From positions 480,001 to 544,000 of the forward strand of contig CAXXXD010000004.1 of assembly GCA_963663385.2 (NCBI GenBank): a stretch of DNA of 64,000 bases, read 5' to 3'. The notes under the pieces are model-generated. The model did no database searches. It saw only the letters and a list, made by a program, of their open reading frames with translations, and was not told the DNA's origin. Shown here piece by piece: positions 59,492 through 64,000 of this stretch (the stretch's first letter is position 1; each line of letters opens with the position of its first letter). Made by a program: the position numbers and the translations under genes. This stretch comes from Oceanispirochaeta sp. (lineage in GTDB: Bacteria; Spirochaetota; Spirochaetia; DSM-2461).

Positions 59492-60577
59492 CTAGTTTTC
59501 CCGGTTATCCAGCAGATCCGCTTTCAGGGTAAGCTGGGTAACGGGAAGGCTGCTGTCTTCAATCATTTTCAGAAGCAGCAGCGCAGATTCTTTTCCCATA
59601 CGGGTAATCGGCTGTACAACGGAAATATCGCTGTACTTCTCTCTGGGGCTTGTTACAATAGTCACTGTAAGGGGAGATTGATCCAGTTTCTTCATGATCT
59701 GCCGGCCCGCATCCAGAAGCTGCTGATTCAGACCGATAACAGCAGAGAAGGGTCCTTTTGATTCTACTTCGTTATAAATCTCCTCAGGAATCAGACCGCT
59801 GGAATACAGTTCCGATTCATCCAGCCAGATTTCAAGGGCTTCCCCGTAACGGTCGGTTTCAGAGCCGAGGCGATTGTATATATCAAAGATGCCTTCTGCC
59901 CGTTCATTGGAGCTGGTTGATTCAAACCCGTTTACAATAAGAATCCTTTTATATCCTGTTTCTGACAGGTTCTGCGCCAGGGTACGGAATATCCCTCTGT
60001 TGTCAAGCATCACCTGATTGTCTGTGCGGCCGGGGGTAAAGCGGTCAGCCAGGACAAAGGGGATATTGTTTGTCTCCAGTATCCTGTAAATGGCCTTATT
60101 GCACCTGTCGGCATGAGCACCCAGAACCGGTGTCAGAATAAAACCTTTGATCTGGGTATTATTAATAAGGGATTGAATCTGATCTATAATACTCTCATTT
60201 TCCTGATAGGTATTGCAGAAAACAGTATGGTAACCGTTTTCCCACAGCCCTTCATGTATCCCCTGGAGTATATGGGTGGCAAATGCCGGTGTGTGATTAT
60301 CAACTGCCACGCCGATAAAGCGGTCTCCCGCTTCGGAAGCTGCGGTTTCCTTGTCTTTTCCGGAGGCGGCTACAAAGGTACCCTGTTTCCCGCTCCTGTA
60401 TTCCAGTATTCCCTCTGATACCAGTTCGGAAAGAGATCTTTTTATTGTCAGTCTGCTCACATCGTGAATTTCGGCCAGCTGCCGTTCCGAATAGATCTTA
60501 TCTCCTGGATTCCAGAAACCTTCGCTAATCTGATCCCTGATTATCCGGCTTATCTGGAGGTACTTCAGTTCTTTCAT
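59492..60577 (-). CDS. GntR-HTH plus LacI-type sensor regulator (AraR-like)
   Basis: SERQLAEIHDVSRLTIKR, GTFV, followed by a periplasmic-binding-protein-like domain. Confidence 0.88.
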   Translation of the reverse strand: MKELKYLQISRIIRDQISEGFWNPGDKIYSERQLAEIHDVSRLTIKRSLSELVSEGILEYRSGKQGTFVAASGKDKETAASEAGDRFIGVAVDNHTPAFATHILQGIHEGLWENGYHTVFCNTYQENESIIDQIQSLINNTQIKGFILTPVLGAHADRCNKAIYRILETNNIPFVLADRFTPGRTDNQVMLDNRGIFRTLAQNLSETGYKRILIVNGFESTSSNERAEGIFDIYNRLGSETDRYGEALEIWLDESELYSSGLIPEEIYNEVESKGPFSAVIGLNQQLLDAGRQIMKKLDQSPLTVTIVTSPREKYSDISVVQPITRMGKESALLLLKMIEDSSLPVTQLTLKADLLDNREN

Positions 60578-60597
60578 CTGTCTGCCTTTGTTTTATT

Positions 60598-60797
60598 TGG
60601 TAGTACCATCGTGGCTTAAGTATACCATTCATTGGTATTTTTGCAAGGAATAGTTTAACGGACTATACCAAAAAAATAGTTATTAGTGATTTAAACGGTA
60701 GATTATCAGTATTTTGTTACCAAAACGCATTTTTTTCTTGACAAAAGTGTCATTCGATTTAAGAATGGTAGTACCAAAAGATAATTTGGCTATACCA
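60598..60797. promoter_or_regulatory. Array of GntR-type operators in a divergent promoter region
   Basis: TGGTAGTACCA at 60598 and 60766, TGGCTATACCA at 60787, half-sites TATACCA at 60621 and 60664; TTGACA at 60738. Confidence 0.75.
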
Positions 60798-60813
60798 AAA
60801 ACAGGAGTATTCA

Positions 60814-62100
60814 ATGAAAAGACTGACAAAAGGTCTAATCCTCTGTCTCGTAATCAGTGTGATCGGGTTTTCCGCCTTTGCCGGCGGACAACAGGAAAGT
60901 GCAGGAGAGAAGGAAACGACCCTGACTTTTTTCGAAACCATGACCAGCCCCGGCAGGACAGCAACCATTCAATCCATTATCGATGACTATACAGCAGCCA
61001 ATCCGGGAACTACGGTAAACCTTATTTCCCCACCCTATGAGCAGGCTGATAACAAACTGACCCTGATGCTTACTTCAAATCAGGACCTGGATGTGATCGA
61101 AGTACGGGATCATACGGTAAAACAGTTTGTTAACAACGGCAAACTGATGGATCTCTCTTCCTACCTCTCTTCATGGGATGAAGCGGGTGACCTCCTCCCT
61201 CTGGCACAGGCTGCCGCCAATACTGTGGATAATACACCCTATCTGATTCCCCAGTTCTTCTTTGTTAAGGCGCTTTTTGTAAGAACGGACATTCTGAAAC
61301 AGTACGGTTATGACACCATGCCTGCTACCATGGAAGAAATGTACGATATGGCTATTGCCATCACAGGTGAAAATGCCAATCAGTTCGGATTCGGTTTCCG
61401 CGGAAAAGGCAGCTCCTTTAAAGTCTCTGATGTAATGATCCTCTCCGATGTGGATAATGTTGATCCTGCCAATGTCTACAAAACAACCGATGGCAAATTT
61501 GCCTTCAATAATCCCGCTGCCCGTCAGGCTCTGGCCGATTATGTTACTCTTTTCAAGGAAGCCGTGCCATCGGACGGTATAAACTGGGGCTTCAACGAAC
61601 AGGTTAATGCCTTTATTTCCGGAACAACCCCCTTCCTGATTCAGGATCCCGATACGGTTGCTCTGGTTAACGAACAGCTTGGCGAAGATAACTACACTGT
61701 TATTCCTCTTCCTGTTGGAAAAAGCGGAAAATCCTACCTGGATTACGGGTTTGCCGGCCTTGGTATCCCCAGCTATACCGAAAAAGCAGTCGAAGCCTGG
61801 GACTTCATCTCCTATATGACAGGTGCTGAAAAGAATGCCGAGTTCTGTAAAGCTTACGGTCCTCTTCCCATTCATGGCGCTTCCTACGCTTCCGATCCCT
61901 ACTTCAGCTCCGGTGTCTACAAAGCCTGGGAAAAAACAATGTCTGATACCGATACCTACTCCTTTATCAAATACCCCCTGGATTCTCCCAAATATCCGGG
62001 ATGGGCACAGGTTCAGGAGCAGTATATGCAGTCACTGCTTCTGGGAGAAATCACAGTTGACGAAGCCATTGCTAAATGGTCTGCCTACTGGGATTATTAA
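60814..62100 (+). CDS. Carbohydrate ABC transporter substrate-binding protein
   Basis: AGGAG RBS; signal peptide ending FAGGQQE; LFVRTD, PATMEE, AWDFISY. Confidence 0.9.
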   Translation: MKRLTKGLILCLVISVIGFSAFAGGQQESAGEKETTLTFFETMTSPGRTATIQSIIDDYTAANPGTTVNLISPPYEQADNKLTLMLTSNQDLDVIEVRDHTVKQFVNNGKLMDLSSYLSSWDEAGDLLPLAQAAANTVDNTPYLIPQFFFVKALFVRTDILKQYGYDTMPATMEEMYDMAIAITGENANQFGFGFRGKGSSFKVSDVMILSDVDNVDPANVYKTTDGKFAFNNPAARQALADYVTLFKEAVPSDGINWGFNEQVNAFISGTTPFLIQDPDTVALVNEQLGEDNYTVIPLPVGKSGKSYLDYGFAGLGIPSYTEKAVEAWDFISYMTGAEKNAEFCKAYGPLPIHGASYASDPYFSSGVYKAWEKTMSDTDTYSFIKYPLDSPKYPGWAQVQEQYMQSLLLGEITVDEAIAKWSAYWDY

Positions 62101-62182
62101 TCAGTAAGTATATTTAATAATATTCATGGGATGCTCTCTCTTGGAAGAGCATCCCTTCATTATATAAAAATAAGGAGAACCC

Positions 62183-63067
62183 ATGATTTCAGAGCGTAAT
62201 ACCTATTGGCTTATGCTCCTTCCGGCAGGTCTTTTACTGATACTTTTTATCTATATGCCTGTTTTAAAAGGAACAATGATCGCCTTTCAAAGCTATAATA
62301 TGTTCGATCTGACGAACCTCAAATTCAACGGTATAGAGAATTTTATCAATGTTATAACAAACAGGGATATCCGGTTTCTTCAGATACTGGGCAATACCCT
62401 TGTCTGGGTTGCGGGATCTCTGTTTTTCCAGTTCCTGCTGGGATTTATCCTTGCTCTGCTTATGAAAGAGCCATTTAAAGGGCGGGGGATTTACTCGGGG
62501 CTGGTTTTTTATGCATGGGCTCTTTCCGGTTTTGCCATTGGTTTAACCTGGGCCTGGCTGTTTAACGGGCAGTTTGGTCTGGCAAATGATATTCTTATAA
62601 AAATGGGGCTGATAGCAGAGCCTATCGGTTTCCTCTCTTCTCCGAAACTGGCCATGGTTTCCGTCATTATCGCCAATATCTGGTACGGGATTCCCTTTTT
62701 CGGCATTATGCTGCTGGCCGCCCTCCAGTCGGTCCCGGGAGAACTCTACGAAGCGGCTACCATAGACGGGGCAGGGCGGATTCATCAGCTGTTCAGTGTA
62801 ACAATTCCCTACATCCGTCCCACCATTATCAGTACAACCCTGCTGCGTACCATGTGGATTATCAACTTTCCGGATATCATCTATGCCATGACCAATGGCG
62901 GTCCTGTCAACCGTACCAATATCCTGGCAACCCAGATGATCAACAAGATATTCAAGGAGTACGACTATGGGCAGGGTGCTGCTATAGGTGTCATTATTAT
63001 GCTCCTTCTCTTTCTCTATGCCACATTCTATCTCAAAATGTCATCCAGAAAGGGAGGTGAACTATGA
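62183..63067 (+). CDS. Carbohydrate ABC transporter permease
   Basis: ANIWYGIPF, LYEAATIDGA, TNGGP. Confidence 0.92.
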   Translation: MISERNTYWLMLLPAGLLLILFIYMPVLKGTMIAFQSYNMFDLTNLKFNGIENFINVITNRDIRFLQILGNTLVWVAGSLFFQFLLGFILALLMKEPFKGRGIYSGLVFYAWALSGFAIGLTWAWLFNGQFGLANDILIKMGLIAEPIGFLSSPKLAMVSVIIANIWYGIPFFGIMLLAALQSVPGELYEAATIDGAGRIHQLFSVTIPYIRPTIISTTLLRTMWIINFPDIIYAMTNGGPVNRTNILATQMINKIFKEYDYGQGAAIGVIIMLLLFLYATFYLKMSSRKGGEL

Positions 63068-63900
63068 AGCAGAAATCACCGGTTGAACGGATCCTGAGGG
63101 GGGTTGCCCTCTTCCTTTTTCTCCTGCTGGCTGTCGGCCCCCTTTACTGGATATTCATAACCAGTATCAAGGGTCCCAAAGAGATTTATACATGGCCCCT
63201 CCGCTACTGGCCCGAGTCTCCTACTCTGGACAGTTACCGGAAGCTTTTTTCCTTTTCCAGTTTCGGAAGGTATTTTATCAATTCCCTGACAGTTTCTCTC
63301 TGCGCATCTTTCGGCGCCATGGCTGTTTCTGTTTCCAGCGGTTTTGCCCTGAGCCGGTTCAAATCCAGAAGGGTTAAGGGGAATTTGCTCCTGGCTCTTT
63401 ATTTTACCCAGACCATCCCGACTTTTATTCTGATGGTTCCCCTTTTTACAACTCTTTCAAAGATGGGTCTGGTTAATAATCTGACCATTCTTGGATTTGT
63501 TTATATTGCTACTGTAGTAGCCTTCTCCACCATTATGGCCAAGAGTTTCTTCGACAGGATCCCCGCCAGTCTGGAAGAGGCTGCCATGATCGACGGCTGT
63601 TCCACTTTTCAGTCGCTTTTTCAGGTCATCCTTCCGGTCACGCTTCCCGGTATGGCTGCCCTGTTCAGTTTTGCTTTTATCAATATCTGGAATGAGCTTT
63701 TTCTGGCTGTTATGCTGCTCCTGTCCGATGACAAGATGACTGTTCCCGTTGCGCTGAACTCCTTTATCTCCAAGGCCGGTATCAGCTGGGATGTTATGAG
63801 CGCCGGAATTATTATTGCCCTTGTGCCGACCATGATTGTATTCGGGATCGGTCAGCGGTATATCGTTGCCGGGTTAACCGAAGGAAGTGTAAAAGGATAG
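63064..63900 (+). CDS. Carbohydrate ABC transporter permease
   Basis: LEEAAMIDGC, WNEL, GLTEGSVKG. Confidence 0.92.
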   Translation: MKQKSPVERILRGVALFLFLLLAVGPLYWIFITSIKGPKEIYTWPLRYWPESPTLDSYRKLFSFSSFGRYFINSLTVSLCASFGAMAVSVSSGFALSRFKSRRVKGNLLLALYFTQTIPTFILMVPLFTTLSKMGLVNNLTILGFVYIATVVAFSTIMAKSFFDRIPASLEEAAMIDGCSTFQSLFQVILPVTLPGMAALFSFAFINIWNELFLAVMLLLSDDKMTVPVALNSFISKAGISWDVMSAGIIIALVPTMIVFGIGQRYIVAGLTEGSVKG

Positions 63901-63902
63901 TT

Positions 63903-64000
63903 ATGACCGATAAAAATAAAAATCTCACCGCCATACTCCACCATCAGGGGGAGCAGGGGATGCCTTACGGGGCTGTAAGCCCACCCATTTTTCAAACCTC
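63903..64000 (+). CDS. Cys/Met-metabolism PLP-dependent enzyme, N-terminal fragment (not in the ORF track)
   Basis: Manual translation MTDKNKNLTAILHHQGEQGMPYGAVSPPIFQTS; GAVSPPIFQTS is the N-terminal motif of the cystathionine lyase/synthase family. Confidence 0.7.
   Translation, partial: MTDKNKNLTAILHHQGEQGMPYGAVSPPIFQT

Noticed and set aside
1..64000. Mobile elements, defence systems, rRNA, tRNA or known riboswitches
   Set aside because: No transposase, integrase, cas, restriction or toxin motifs and no recognisable RNA-family consensus found by eye; an Rfam scan was not possible

Overview
Chromosomal window of a fermentative, sugar-using bacterium. SBP signal peptides of the FAxGxxE type, a Cache-domain MCP and overall protein similarity suggest a free-living spirochaete (Spirochaetaceae-like; inference). 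It is a dense catabolic region of about 53 genes with no rRNA, tRNA, CRISPR array or transposase. Contents, in order: a polar amino-acid ABC fragment; a soluble MotA-cytoplasmic-domain-like protein; a sigma54-controlled NCS1 permease/DUF917/hydantoinase-like operon facing a divergent sigma54 activator that is co-transcribed with degenerate copies of the same two enzymes; an ascorbate (ula) pathway with an ABC transporter and FGGY kinase instead of a PTS; MCP, HAD phosphatase and a 5'-truncated EEP gene; DeoR-Ldh2-malic enzyme; a structured intergenic element; CBS/ACT and CheW genes; a YesMN-type system with an accessory binding protein beside mglBAC; a ROK-regulated ABC/oxidoreductase/DUF3604/sulfatase operon; chvE-mmsAB followed by DeoR and an orphan sugar ATPase; an ECF transporter; AraC plus oxidoreductase; and a GntR-regulated sugar ABC operon running into a Cys/Met PLP enzyme at the window edge. 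Best candidate for an undescribed system: the sigma54 activator plus pseudo-enzyme pair (2166-6119), which may sense substrate with inactive copies of the enzymes it controls. All functional calls come from motif recognition by eye; no database searches were run.
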